Assembly (NCBI GenBank): GCA_009914755.4
Contig: CP068257.2
Location: 38,336,001-38,400,000, forward strand
DNA: 64,000 nt
DNA from: the human T2T-CHM13v2.0 reference genome, Homo sapiens
Reading direction: 5' to 3'
Part shown: one piece after another, positions 15,277-27,545 of the stretch
Numbering within the stretch: position 1 is the first letter of the stretch
Layout of the letters: the number at the start of each line of letters is the position of its first letter
Made by a program: the position numbers and the translations under genes
Notes under the pieces: generated by a model
What the model saw: only the letters and a program-made list of their open reading frames with translations
Database searches by the model: none
Told to the model about the DNA's origin: nothing

Positions 15277-16045
15277 GGGTGGGTGGAAAGCTGAAGAATC
15301 GGTCCCCAGCTGGGAAGTAAGGCACAGGTCACTTCTTTTCTTGGACCCTCAAACTCCGCCAGGAGGGGAGGGGGAAACTTATTCCTCCCTCATATTAGTC
15401 AGGGGTCTTCAGAGAAACAGAGCCACTAGGATACATACATTGGTCTATATCAATGTCTATGTCTGTATCTGTCTCTTTCTATTTCTATCTTTATGTACAT
15501 GTAGACATACACAGATAAATTTATTTTTAAGGAATTGGATCATGTGATTGTGGGTGCTGGGAAGGCTAAAATCTGCAGGGCAGGCTGGGAGGCCAGATAT
15601 CCAGGTGAGTGCTGATGTCACAGTCTCAGGATTGAGTTCTACAGAGCAGTAGGCTGGAAGCTCAGGCCGGACTTTTGTGTTGTAGTCTTGAGGAGAATAC
15701 CTTCCTATTTGGGAAACTTCAGTCTTTTAAGGCTGTTAACCGATTGGAGGAGGCCTCCCCAAAGCATGGAGGGCCATATGCTTTATTTGAAATCTACTGA
15801 TTTAAATGTTGATCACAATTACAAAATACCTTCACAGCAACTTCTAGGCTGGTATTTGACCACAAAACTGGCACCAGCCAGTATCGACAAGACAGGGCCC
15901 AGCCAAGTCAACATGTAACATTAACCATCACAGGGTAGACGGAAAGCTGAGGAATCAGTCCCCAGCTGGGAAGTAAGGCACAGGTCACCTCTGTTCTTAG
16001 ATCCTCAAACTCATCCAGGAGGGGAGCGGGGAAATCTATCATTCC
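15277..16045. mobile_element. Ancient interspersed repeat ('tattagtcagggtcttcagagaaacagagcc' family; name not resolved); a copy tail precedes a copy head
   Basis: A 'tattagtcaggggtcttcagagaaacagagccactagg' head at about 15395 and a '...taaccatcacagg' tail at about 15930 bracket the element. The segment 'ggaaagctgaRgaatcRgtccccagctgggaagtaaggcacaggtcac...caaactc..ccaggaggggag' is present both at 15277-15375 and at 15940-16040. Confidence 0.4.
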
Positions 16046-16599
16046 TGCATGGCTTCCCTCCAGAGGACGAGAACCAGCCTGGGCATAGGGTTCCTTCTCA
16101 GCACACCCACTGACCCCTAACTGTCAGACTTCCTTTCTTGTACTCCTTCACCCAAAGGCCAGGGACATCTGAGAGTTCTGGCATGGGGCAGAAAAACCTG
16201 GCTCTCCCTTTATCCTATGTTCTTCCAAATCTATTGTTTAGGGTGTAAAATGTATTTTCCCCAGCCCTTCCAAATCATGGTTTCTGTGACTCAAATAGCT
16301 TTTCTTGTAAACTGTGGCTTCTCCAATGAGTTTCAAAGGTTATTTATAAGCTCAAAAGTTGAGCCTTGCTGCCCTGGTTCTGCATGTCATCTTTTCTCCA
16401 GGAGGGGACCCTGCAGTGCCTTAGCTGCCACCTGACACAGGGGGCGCACCACAGGCACAAAGAGTCACTGGGTATGAAACGCCGAGTCAATTCATTAATG
16501 GCTGTATGTCTACAATAGCAAACAATTACAGCTTTGCACTGATGAGATTGCCTGTGTGTTCTGTTCACTGGGACCAGAACTTCCTCCATCACTGTCTCT

Positions 16600-16960
16600 G
16601 CATCTTAGTCATCTTGCTTTCACTGGTGTCTTAATCCATTTGGGCTCCTATAACAAAATACCATACACTGGGTGGCTTACAAGCAACAGTAATTCATTTC
16701 TCATGGTGGTTCTGGAGGCTGGAAAGTCTCAATTTGGTGTCTGGTGAGGGCTCATTTCCTGGTTCATGGATGGTATCTTCTTTTTGTGTCCTCACATGGT
16801 GGAAGGGGTAAGGAGTCACTTTGGGCCTATTTTATAAGGGCACTAATCCCATTCATGAGGGCTCCACCCCCATGACCTAATCACCTCCAGTGGCCCCACC
16901 TCCAATACCATCATCTTGGAAGTTAGGATTCTGATATCTGAATGCAGTGGGGAGGGGACA
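16600..16960. mobile_element. MaLR LTR fragment (MLT1-like)
   Basis: 'ctcctataacaaaataccatacactgggtggcttacaagcaacagtaattcatttctcatggtggttctggaggctggaaagtc...tattttataagggcactaatcccattcatgagggctccacccccatgacctaatcacctcc...ccacctccaataccatcatcttggaagttaggattc'. Confidence 0.5.
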
Positions 16961-18289
16961 AAAACATTTTGTCCATTTCAGCTGGTGGATCACTGTCCAC
17001 CACACTAAAAAAAAGAAAATTGAATGAAACTGAAGGACATTTTCAAATTTTCCTCAAACCTGATGACTGGGACAAGATAAGGAATATTCACAAGCATTAG
17101 TTTCTTCATATAGGAACAGAAATTCTTGGTGATCTCTGGCTGGCACTGTTCTACTTGAATGTTTTCACATCTACTAAGGCCAGGGCTTAATGCATTTGCA
17201 CCTCTCTATTCATAAGCCCTTTTCTGTGGTTTGATTACAAAGCCAAAACCCATCTATTTTGTCACTTAGATCAATTATTATAATTATGCTTTGAAAAATA
17301 AAACTTTTGAAGCCCAGACTTAGAATGAGGATCTAGCTGCATCATAATTATAGTTAGTCCTGTGTGTCCTTGAATGAAGTTTCAATTTGTCTCAGAAAAA
17401 TCTGGTTCTATGAAATATGGCATATCTTTTAATTGCTGATTAAGACCTACACAAATCCCGGACCCTATTTCTTTGTTCAAAGACATACCATCTTAAATAA
17501 CTAGTGTAGAGGTGGCTCCCAATAATATTTGTTGAATGAATGAATACAAGGTAGGAATATAGATGCTTATATAAAATGTAAAATAGTTGCCAAGTCTGAG
17601 GGGTACACTTGTCCATGTGGCTTAAACCACTCAGCATTGCTGGCCCAGATATTACCATGTCCATCTGATTCCTGACCTTGGGGGCTGTTTTGTAGGTGAG
17701 CACCTTGTCAGAGGGTGTAGGGTGAATGCAAAACAGCCTCTGCCAACTGCAGTAGGGAGGAATGCACTGGAAGTTTCTAGAACCAAAGAGAAGGCTGGAG
17801 AATGTGGTACAGAGGAAGGGCAGTATCCAAGGCAGGTGTAGCACAGCGATGAAGCCCAGAACCTGCCAGCCTGGGCCTCGTTGTTGGCACTGTGGCTACC
17901 ACTGGTTGCTTAATGCCCATGCTGATACATCCTGGGGGCAGAGGCCCCTGGACATCTGCCTCCATGTGGCAGCCACCACACTATCCCAGCATCTCTGGGT
18001 CACCCTCCTGAATGTGAAGGCTGGGGCAGGAGCTTCTCTTTGGCAGAGTGGCAGTCCCAGGCCCACGCAGTAGCAGTCAAGGTGGCACTGCCGCTATGCC
18101 TTCCACCGCAAGTCACACAATGGGGTGACTCCCTCAAAGTAAGAACCATGTTCTGAATCTGAGTGAGCAAAACCCCCACTGATTTTCACTGCTGTGTGCA
18201 ACAGAGTCATGAAGAAATGTAGTTTTACTGAAAAGAAAGGAGCATTACACCAAGGCAAGCAAAATTACAAAACCGGCCCAATTTTCCTA

Positions 18290-18660
18290 TAGAACTGAAG
18301 CTTGAGCAACTTGCATTTGTTTCACCTGAGTTACCTTCTCAGGAAACTAACCATCAGGCCTCCCAGATCACATCAAGGAACTGAAACTTCCCAGATCACC
18401 ACAACCGGACAATCAGACGCACCTGCTTCCTCTTTACTAACTGCTCTTCCTTACCCCTCCCTAATTCTCTGGTATACAAACCCCGAATTTTACTTGGTTA
18501 TAGAGATGGATTTGAGACTTGCCTTCTATCTTCTGGCTGCCGTCACCTGCAATAAAGCCTTTCTTCCCTGGCAATACTTGTCTCAGTGACTGGCTTTCTG
18601 TGTGGTGAGCATCCAGACCTAGGCTGAACCCCTGGTATTCGGCAACAATTATGTGAACAT
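18290..18660. mobile_element. Possible ERV-type solo LTR (U3-R-U5-like: AATAAA signal followed by 'ctggcaatacttgtctcagtgactggctttctgtgtggtgagcatccagacc')
   Basis: 'cacctgcaataaagcctttcttccctggcaa...' looks like an LTR polyadenylation region. Weak, pattern-based call. Confidence 0.25.
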
Positions 18661-19269
18661 CAAATTCTCTGAGCTCAGAGTTGAGCTTGTAATAAGCACT
18701 TGACAAACAATGGTTATTATTTACATTATTATTATTTTAGTATCATCGTTTTTAATAGTATGAAATTGGCCAGATTTTTTAAAATTTTAAGTAAAGACTA
18801 ACTGCCCATGGGCTGGTTCTTGGTAAAATTTTGAAGCAAGGGAGTTTAGCCTTGACTCCACGTCCTTGCATTTTCAACACTCTATTTACCTGCCTCCTTC
18901 CCATCCCAAATTTCTTTCCCTGTGCTGCCGACTCCTCTCTCCCAGTGCCACAGGGTATTATTCTTTGCTGGTGATCAACTAATGTTCACTAACATAGTTA
19001 AGCCTGAGAGTGTTTTAAATGCCAGCTCTGCAGAGCTGTTTGAATTTATACCACAGACGCTCAAAGATCTTAAAGCTTGCAAGGCCAAATGAGTGAATCT
19101 TTCATGGTGACAGCTAACCACTGTAACTAGGATTCATTAAATACACACATACAAGTTGGGCACTGAGCTAAATGCCTTAAGTGCATTATTTCCCAGGCAT
19201 TAACACTTTTAATTCTCACAACTCTTTGAACTCTTTGAAATAGTGACTATTATTATCATATTAATTTTC

Positions 19270-19375
19270 AAATCAGAAAATTGAGGTTTGGAATTTAGGC
19301 TTGAACCCAGCTCTGACTGACTCCACAGCTCACACTAGATACTGTGAACTAACTACCTCATCTTTAGCCTAGTTG
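19270..19375. mobile_element. MIR SINE fragment
   Basis: 'gaggtttggaatttaggcttgaacccagctctgactgactccacagctcacactagatactgtg' resembles the MIR 5' region (gaggttaagtaacttgcccaaggtcacacagctagtaagtggcagagctgggattcgaacccaggtc). Confidence 0.4.
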
Positions 19376-19464
19376 CACACATTTTCAGCACCATTTTCTA
19401 CTCAAATGATAAAGAAGATAATTCAAGGAGCATTAAGGAGCCCTAATCTTCTAAGGTGCTTTGA

Positions 19465-19870
<406 letters not shown>

Positions 19871-22017
19871 TTATGCTGAGTCAAATGACTGTGCACTAAA
19901 CCTAACTTCAGCACATGGGGACAATTCCAGTGGTTTAATGAGGAATTACGTGTCTAAAATGCCCAGAGTAGAGCTGAAAGAGTCTAGTTTCAAGTCTTGC
20001 ATCAGCAACAAATTAAGTAAATAAATATCTCCAAGTCTCGTTGTTTTCTTTGTAGAATGGGAGAAAGCAATGTCTATTTCCTAGGTTTGCTGTGAAGATT
20101 AAAGAGTACATAGGAAAAAAAATGATTGCTGTTATACGAGGAGGAAACTGAAATAGATTTTCCTTGCCATGATCAAAGATGGCAGCTTTTTACCAATTGT
20201 GTCCCAAAGTGATTCAGGGAGAGGGTCCTCCCCAAATCACCATCATCAATTAGCCACTGAATTTTCGTGTGTGTGTATGCAGTTTATCCAGGATGACTTC
20301 ATTTAAAAGACATCCAGCATGCCTGCTTTTAAAAGATAAATCATGGAAACTCTGACCTTTGTGTTCTAAAGCAGCTTTTATCTGGTACAAACAAAATATT
20401 TGAAATGCTGAGAAAGCCTTTTAAGTGGAGACCTTTGCTGCAGACTGGCACAATCAGGGCTGACGACTTTGTTAATTGATGTTGCAGCAAGCTCCTCTGA
20501 AAAAATCAAGTTCAAAGTTAGTTTGTCAAACAAATTTTCATTTAAAGAGTTGAAAGCTGTGATTTCTTCCTTTCTAACAATAACAGAGGGATTTTCATTT
20601 TTTTTTGTTAGCAAAGTATTTGCCCCATCTTTTAATATCTCTACCACCCCCAGCATCTCTGAGGCTTTGACATGGAAGTTAATTCTCTATAGGTCAAGGC
20701 CTTTGCCCTGAGTGACAGATTAGCTTCAGGAAGCACAAAGGCTTACAAAGAGTTCCCAGAGATGCAGAAGGATAACGTTGGGTCCTACGTTGCCGGCCAG
20801 GGAAAATCCATTTTGCTACTGAGTCTTGATGCTGGAGTCTGTGTGCTGAGTCGTCACAGAAGTCGAGGGTAAATGCAAGAGAACACTTGCCCTTTGGTCT
20901 TGCTAAGGCAAACAGAAGAATCATTGAGAAGGTGTGAGCCTGCAGGTGTTTCATTGGACTCTAAGTAGACCTCACCTGCCTGGAAGCCTTTCATGTTGCA
21001 GACGCCCATCCAGTTCCCCAATTTCCTGGACATCACAGCTTCTCAGCAGCCGTGTCTATGAGCTTATTTCCAAGCATCTCTTTGGATGGGAGGTTTTCTG
21101 TTCCTTTCAGTCACCAATATCTGTGCAAACATTCAGTTTGTTTTTGTTTAGTGTGTCCATTTTTATCCAATAGTATGTTTGGCTCTGTAGGGCTTCTAGA
21201 ATGTTCCATGTGGTGATGGGTCTGTTACCCACCTCTGATTTCCCGGACTCCTGATTTGTCTTAAATATATCAGGCATACGTGAGTGCAGGTGGCCTGAGG
21301 TTTCCCGTGCAATCCCATGTCTGGCAAAGGTATGGACTATGGAATGTCCCCTGTTAATGGCCACCACTAGCCTGGAGCCATTCCAGACACATGTATCACC
21401 TCTCCCAGGAAGGTCAGCTTCTCCTCCGCCCTGCATCTGTCTCCCCTGGGGTGGCCTACAGAGGCAGGTAGAGGAAACCGCTCTTGGTGCTTGGCCCCGC
21501 CACCCAAAGTTCTGACCCACGAGTCCTTCCCTGCGGTCCTGCTGCTGCTCAAAGCACGCCCAGTCAACTTCAGACGGAAGGAAATCAGACTTCGGACTGC
21601 AGCCCAGCATATTTTTGGCTCAAGCTAGCTAAGAACCATGAAATGCTGATTTTTACAGTTTTTACTTTTTGCCAGAAGCATGTAACTGCCTCTTTAAATT
21701 ATTTCAGCTAACTTCTGTTGATGATCTGTGGATAAACAAAAGTGTCTGCTGAACTGAATTTGTGGGGTGCTTTCACAGAAAACAGGCATACTGTAAGTAG
21801 GAAATCTGCATTCTGGAACATCTAATTAGGTAAACCTAACGGCGGCCTCCATAAATATCTCCCAGGGAGCTTGCATCTGTGCTCAGTGCATCAGTTGCAT
21901 ATTAAAGAGTCATAGCTTGTGTGAGTCGCTAAAACTACGTAACAATCATCAAGGCATGTTTGGCTCTTGGGGAAAATGGAAAGCATAGTTTTGGTTTTAA
22001 AATAATTTGTTTTATTA

Positions 22018-22020
<3 letters not shown>

Positions 22021-22063
<43 letters not shown>
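22021..22063. repeat. (GT)n microsatellite, about 21 units, essentially pure
   Basis: 'gtgtgtgt...gtgag' read directly. Confidence 0.95.
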
Positions 22064-22065
<2 letters not shown>

Positions 22066-22397
22066 ATACGAAAATGTCCAGTAGGTGACCTTTGTTGATC
22101 TTTGTTGCTGCCTCTTCAGAGCCCTGACTTCCACCTTGGACTCATCTCCCTTGTAGGCAACTAAGTGAAATCTCATGACTATAGGTTCTTGATATTTTGC
22201 TCACTACCAGGTTTAGAAAATTAATAACCACCAAATTTCTCAACAGCTTAGGATGCCACCTTTTAATATGCAACTTCTAAAAACTGAAAACTGTTCACAA
22301 TTTGCAAAAATCTGTGTCAAATGATGGCATGTGGGCTTCCTAGAGAGTTGATTGGAAGGTGGTGGTGGTCAGGGGTGTCTTCTCCACCACCCACGTG

Positions 22398-22610
22398 TGA
22401 GTTTCCTGGGGCTGTCGTCACAAATTTCCACAAACCAGGGACGTAAAACAACACACATTTATTTTCACAATTCTGGAGGCCAGAAGTTCAAAATCAAGTT
22501 TTTGGCAGGGACGCATGCCCTCTGAAGGCTCCAGAGCAGGAGGCGTGTCAGGCTTCTGGTGTGGCTGGTGGCCTTCACACTCCTTGGGTTGTGGACACAT
22601 CTTTCCATTG
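22398..22610. mobile_element. MLT1-family MaLR LTR, 5' portion, interrupted by the minisatellite
   Basis: 'gtttcctggggctgtcgtcacaaatttccacaaaccagggacgtaaaacaacacacatttattttcacaattctggaggccagaagttcaaaatcaag...ctctgaaggctccagagcagg...' parallels the 5' half of MLT1 LTRs (ttcctggggctgc.gtaacaaa.taccacaaactgggtggcttaaaacaacagaaatttatt.tctcacagttctggaggccagaagtccaaaatcaagg). Confidence 0.55.
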
Positions 22611-25600
22611 TTGGCCTCCTTTTCCTATTGCCTTCTCCTCTATGCCTGTGTCTGAAATTGCCCTCCACCCTTCTCTTATAGGTGTTGGCCTCCTTTTCCT
22701 ATTGCTTTCTCCTCAATGCCTGTGTCTGAAATTGCCCTCCACCCTTCTCTTATAGGTGTTGGCCTCCTTTTCCTATTGCCTTCTCCTCTATGCCTGTGTC
22801 TGAAATTGCCCTCCACCCTTCTCTTATAGGTGTTGGCCTCCTTTTCCTATTGCCTTCTCCTCTATGCCTGTGTCTGAAATTGCCCTCCACCCTTCTCTTA
22901 TAGGTGTTGGCCTCCTTTTCCTATTGCTTTCTCCTCAATGCCTGTGTCTGAAATTGCCCTCCACCCTTCTCTTATAGGTGTTGGCCTCCTTTTCCTATTG
23001 CCTTCTCCTCTATGCCTGTGTCTGAAATTGCCCTCCACCCTTCTCTTATAGGTGTTGGCCTCCTTTTCCTATTGCTTTCTCCTCAATGCCTGTGTCTGAA
23101 ATTGCCCTCCACCCTTCTCTTATAGGTGTTGGCCTCCTTTTCCTATTGCCTTCTCCTCAATGCCTGTGTCTGAAATTGCCCTCCACCCTTCTCTTATAGG
23201 TGTTGGCCTCCTTTTCCTATTGCCTTCTCCTCAATGCCTGTGTCTGAAATTGCCCTCCACCCTTCTCTTATAGGTGTTGGCCTCCTTTTCCTATTGCTTT
23301 CTCCTCAATGCCTGTGTCTGAAATTGCCCTCCACCCTTCTCTTATAGGTGTTGGCCTCCTTTTCCTATTGCCTTCTCCTCTATGCCTGTGTCTGAAATTG
23401 CCCTCCACCCTTCTCTTATAGGTGTTGGCCTCCTTTTCCTATTGCCTTCTCCTCTATGCCTGTGTCTGAAATTGCCCTCCACCCTTCTCTTATAGGTGTT
23501 GGCCTCCTTTTCCTATTGCCTTCTCCTCTATGCCTGTGTCTGAAATTGCCCTCCACCCTTCTCTTATAGGTGTTGGCCTCCTTTTCCTATTGCCTTCTCC
23601 TCAATGCCTGTGTCTGAAATTGCCCTCCACCCTTCTCTTATAGGTGTTGGCCTCCTTTTCCTATTGCCTTCTCCTCAATGCCTGTGTCTGAAATTGCCCT
23701 CCACCCTTCTCTTATAGGTGTTGGCCTCCTTTTCCTATTGCCTGCTCCTCTATGCCTGTGTCTGAAATTGCCCTCCACCCTTCTCTTATAGGTGTTGGCC
23801 TCCTTTTCCTATTGCCTTCTCCTCTATGCCTGTGTCTGAAATTGCCCTCCACCCTTCTCTTATAGGTGTTGGCCTCCTTTTCCTATTGCCTTCTCCTCTA
23901 TGCCTGTGTCTGAAATTGCCCTCCACCCTTCTCTTATAGGTGTTGGCCTCCTTTTCCTATTGCTTTCTCCTCAATGCCTGTGTCTGAAATTGCCCTCCAC
24001 CCTTCTCTTATAGGTGTTGGCCTCCTTTTCCTATTGCCTTCTCCTCTATGCCTGTGTCTGAAATTGCCCTCCACCCTTCTCTTATAGGTGTTGGCCTCCT
24101 TTTCCTATTGCCTTCTCCTCAATGCCTGTGTCTGAAATTGCCCTCCACCCTTCTCTTATAGGTGTTGGCCTCCTTTTCCTATTGCCTTCTCCTCTATGCC
24201 TGTGTCTGAAATTGCCCTCCACCCTTCTCTTATAGGTGTTGGCCTCCTTTTCCTATTGCCTTCTCCTCTATGCCTGTGTCTGAAATTGCCCTCCACCCTT
24301 CTCTTATAGGTGTTGGCCTCCTTTTCCTATTGCCTTCTCCTCTATGCCTGTGTCTGAAATTGCCCTCCACCCTTCTCTTATAGGTGTTGGCCTCCTTTTC
24401 CTATTGCCTTCTCCTCTATGCCTGTGTCTGAAATTGCCCTCCACCCTTCTCTTATAGGTGTTGGCCTCCTTTTCCTATTGCCTGCTCCTCTATGCCTGTG
24501 TCTGAAATTGCCCTCCACCCTTCTCTTATAGGTGTTGGCCTCCTTTTCCTATTGCCTTCTCCTCTATGCCTGTGTCTGAAATTGCCCTCCACCCTTCTCT
24601 TATAGGTGTTGGCCTCCTTTTCCTATTGCCTTCTCCTCTATGCCTGTGTCTGAAATTGCCCTCCACCCTTCTCTTATAGGTGTTGGCCTCCTTTTCCTAT
24701 TGCTTTCTCCTCAATGCCTGTGTCTGAAATTGCCCTCCACCCTTCTCTTATAGGTGTTGGCCTCCTTTTCCTATTGCCTTCTCCTCTATGCCTGTGTCTG
24801 AAATTGCCCTCCACCCTTCTCTTATAGGTGTTGGCCTCCTTTTCCTATTGCCTTCTCCTCAATGCCTGTGTCTGAAATTGCCCTCCACCCTTCTCTTATA
24901 GGTGTTGGCCTCCTTTTCCTATTGCCTTCTCCTCTATGCCTGTGTCTGAAATTGCCCTCCACCCTTCTCTTATAGGTGTTGGCCTCCTTTTCCTATTGCC
25001 TTCTCCTCTATGCCTGTGTCTGAAATTGCCCTCCACCCTTCTCTTATAGGTGTTGGCCTCCTTTTCCTATTGCCTTCTCCTCTATGCCTGTGTCTGAAAT
25101 TGCCCTCCACCCTTCTCTTATAGGTGTTGGCCTCCTTTTCCTATTGCCTGCTCCTCAATGCCTGTGTCTGAAATTGCCCTCCACCCTTCTCTTATAGGTG
25201 TTGGCCTCCTTTTCCTATTGCCTGCTCCTCAATGCCTGTGTCTGAAATTGCCCTCCACCCTTCTCTTATAGGTGTTGGCCTCCTTTTCCTATTGCCTTCT
25301 CCTCAATGCCTGTGTCTAAAATTGCCCTCCACCCTTCTCTTATAGGTGTTGGCCTCCTTTTCCTATTGCCTTCTCCTCTATGCCTGTGTCTAAAATTGCC
25401 CTCCACCCTTCTCTTATAGGTGTTGGCCTCCTTTTCCTATTGCCTGCTCCTCAATGCCTGTGTCTGAAATTGCCCTCCACCCTTCTCTTATAGGTGTTGG
25501 CCTCCTTTTCCTATTGCCTTCTCCTCTATGCCTGTGTCTGAAATTGCCCTCCACCCTTCTCTTATAGGTGTTGGCCTCCTTTTCCTATTGCCTGCTCCTC

Positions 25601-26307
25601 AATGCCTGTGTCTGAAATTGCCCTCCACCCTTCTCTTATAGGTGTTGGCCTCCTTTTCCTATTGCCTGCTCCTCAATGCCTGTGTCTGAAATTGCCCTCC
25701 ACCCTTCTCTTATAGGTGTTGGCCTCCTTTTCCTATTGCCTGCTCCTCAATGCCTGTGTCTGAAATTGCCCTCCACCCTTCTCTTATAGGTGTTGGCCTC
25801 CTTTTCCTATTGCCTGCTCCTCAATGCCTGTGTCTGAAATTGCCCTCCACCCTTCTCTTATAGGTGTTGGCCTCCTTTTCCTATTGCCTGCTCCTCAATG
25901 CCTGTGTCTGAAATTGCCCTCCACCCTTCTCTTATAGGTGTTGGCCTCCTTTTCCTATTGCCTTCTCCTCAATGCCTGTGTCTAAAATTGCCCTCCACCC
26001 TTCTCTTATAGGTGTTGGCCTCCTTTTCCTATTGCCTTCTCCTCTATGCCTGTGTCTAAAATTGCCCTCCACCCTTCTCTTATAGGTGTTGGCCTCCTTT
26101 TCCTATTGCCTGCTCCTCTATGCCTGTGTCTGAAATTGCCCTCCACCCTTCTCTTATAGGTGTTGGCCTCCTTTTCCTATTGCCTTCTCCTCTATGCCTG
26201 TGTCTGAAATTGCCCTCCACCCTTCTCTTATAGGTGTTGGCCTCCTTTTCCTATTGCCTGCTCCTCAATGCCTGTGTCTGAAATTGCCCTCCACCCTCCT
26301 CTTATAG
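22611..26307. repeat. 74-bp-unit minisatellite (VNTR-type tandem array), about 50-52 copies, about 3.7 kb
   Basis: The unit 'ggtgttggcctccttttcctattgccttctcctctatgcctgtgtctgaaattgccctccacccttctcttata' recurs with a constant 74-bp spacing (starts at 22681, 22755, 22829 ...). Only 3-4 variable sites distinguish the subtypes. Confidence 0.98.
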
Positions 26308-26480
26308 GGAAACGTATCACTGGATCTAGAGCCCACTTGGATAGTCCAGGATGACATTATCTCAAGATGTTTATCTTCATCACACCTGCAAAGACCCTTT
26401 CTCCAAATAAGGTCACACTCACAGGTCTCAAGTGGACATCTCTTGGGGGCTGCTCCCATCAAACCACAATACACAACACA
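26308..26480. mobile_element. MLT1-family MaLR LTR, 3' portion (continuation of the element split by the minisatellite)
   Basis: '...tcttcatcacacctgcaaagaccctttctccaaataaggtcacactcacaggtctcaagtggacatctcttggggg...' parallels the MLT1 3' end (acatctgcaaagaccctatttccaaataaggtcacattctgaggtactgggggttaggacttcaacatatgaattttggggg). Confidence 0.55.
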
Positions 26481-27394
26481 GAAAGGCCACTAAGTGTTGT
26501 AACTCAATTTTTGGGAGATATTTGTTAGAAAACCAAAGCCTTTGACAGCAGGAGTTTCACTCTGCATTGACCTGACCCATTTTCTTTCCCCCAAGATAAT
26601 GCTTTAAAGTTCCCTGCATGGTGGCTAGAGGGGGGCGCTCCCCATAGCTCTGAAATTCTCTGATTTTGCACATAAAAATTGGAATTTGAGGGTAAATCGT
26701 TGAATTAGGCAGTACTACTCAGGCACTTTTTCACTTAAGGAATGTTATAAGTAAAAATCCAAAAGAATTCCTCCAAAATAATGGCATTTGTGCTCTCTAA
26801 AGAGTTGATGGGGAAGATCTTTGTGGTCAGAAATGACTTCTCCCCATTCCTCAAACCACAGTGCGTGGACTCCCACTGCAGACTCATGGTGGCCCTGCCG
26901 TGGATTCAGGGCAGGAGTGCCCCTTCCTGGAGGAGCTGTCAGAGCGGACTGTGCTCACAAAAACACACTCCCCTGCTGAGGGGTCAGCAGTGAAGTGATG
27001 GGGAGGCCTGGGGCAGGGAGAGGGCAGCAGTGACTACAGGGCGAGATGGTATTGGGATAAATAGAAGAGGAAGAACCCCAGTATGGCGGAACAGAGGGAA
27101 TGGGCCCAACCAAGGTGGGGAATGGGCCCTCGCAAGGGCGAAAATAGAAGCTAAGATATAGATGGAGGCTCTGGAACAAAACACAGGGAAGAAGGCAAAC
27201 TTGCCCTTGTCAGTACTGCCGTTCAGAATTTTTCTATTAGTTGAAGTCAGTAAAGATGGTGGTCCAACTGGAAGTCATACTAGACTTCTGTGGTTCTATA
27301 ATTCTAACTAGGAATCTTCAATTAGAACCTGGACTTGGCAGAGGGAAGAGCCTGCAAAGATCCAGCACAATCTGAAATCAAGGCTCCTATTTAT

Positions 27395-27545
27395 TTGTTT
27401 TCCTGTTTACTACCCCACCCCCTTATCAGAATGGAAGCTCCCTGTGGTCAGGGTACTTGCCTGTTACGTTCGTTGTTGGATCCCAGGTCCTATTCCCAAT
27501 GTTTGACATAGCAGGTGCTCAATAAATACATGATGTGAAGGAATG
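27395..27545 (+). mobile_element. MIR SINE 3' fragment
   Basis: 'gaatggaagctccctgtggtcagggtacttgcctgttacgttcgttgttggatcccaggtcctattcccaatgtttgacatagcaggtgctcaataaatacatgatgtgaaggaatgaatag' matches the MIR 3' end (…gcacatagtaggtgctcaataaatatttgttgaatgaatgaa). Confidence 0.5.

Noticed and set aside
21107-21610. 167-aa minus-strand ORF
   Set aside because: No recognisable homology or domain. It is overlapped by an ORF in another frame, so I treat it as chance.
22465-22668. Minus-strand ORFs 22465-22668 and 26265-26474, sharing the peptide 'EGNFRHRH', that look like paralogous small proteins
   Set aside because: The shared peptide is array-derived, because both ORFs read a short way into the 74-bp array. 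Neither ORF extends beyond about one unit, and no coding signal is present.
22611-26307. Regular array of short repeats superficially reminiscent of a CRISPR array
   Set aside because: The units are contiguous 74-bp near-identical copies with no unique spacers. The host is a primate genome with Alu and L1 all around. This is a minisatellite, not CRISPR.
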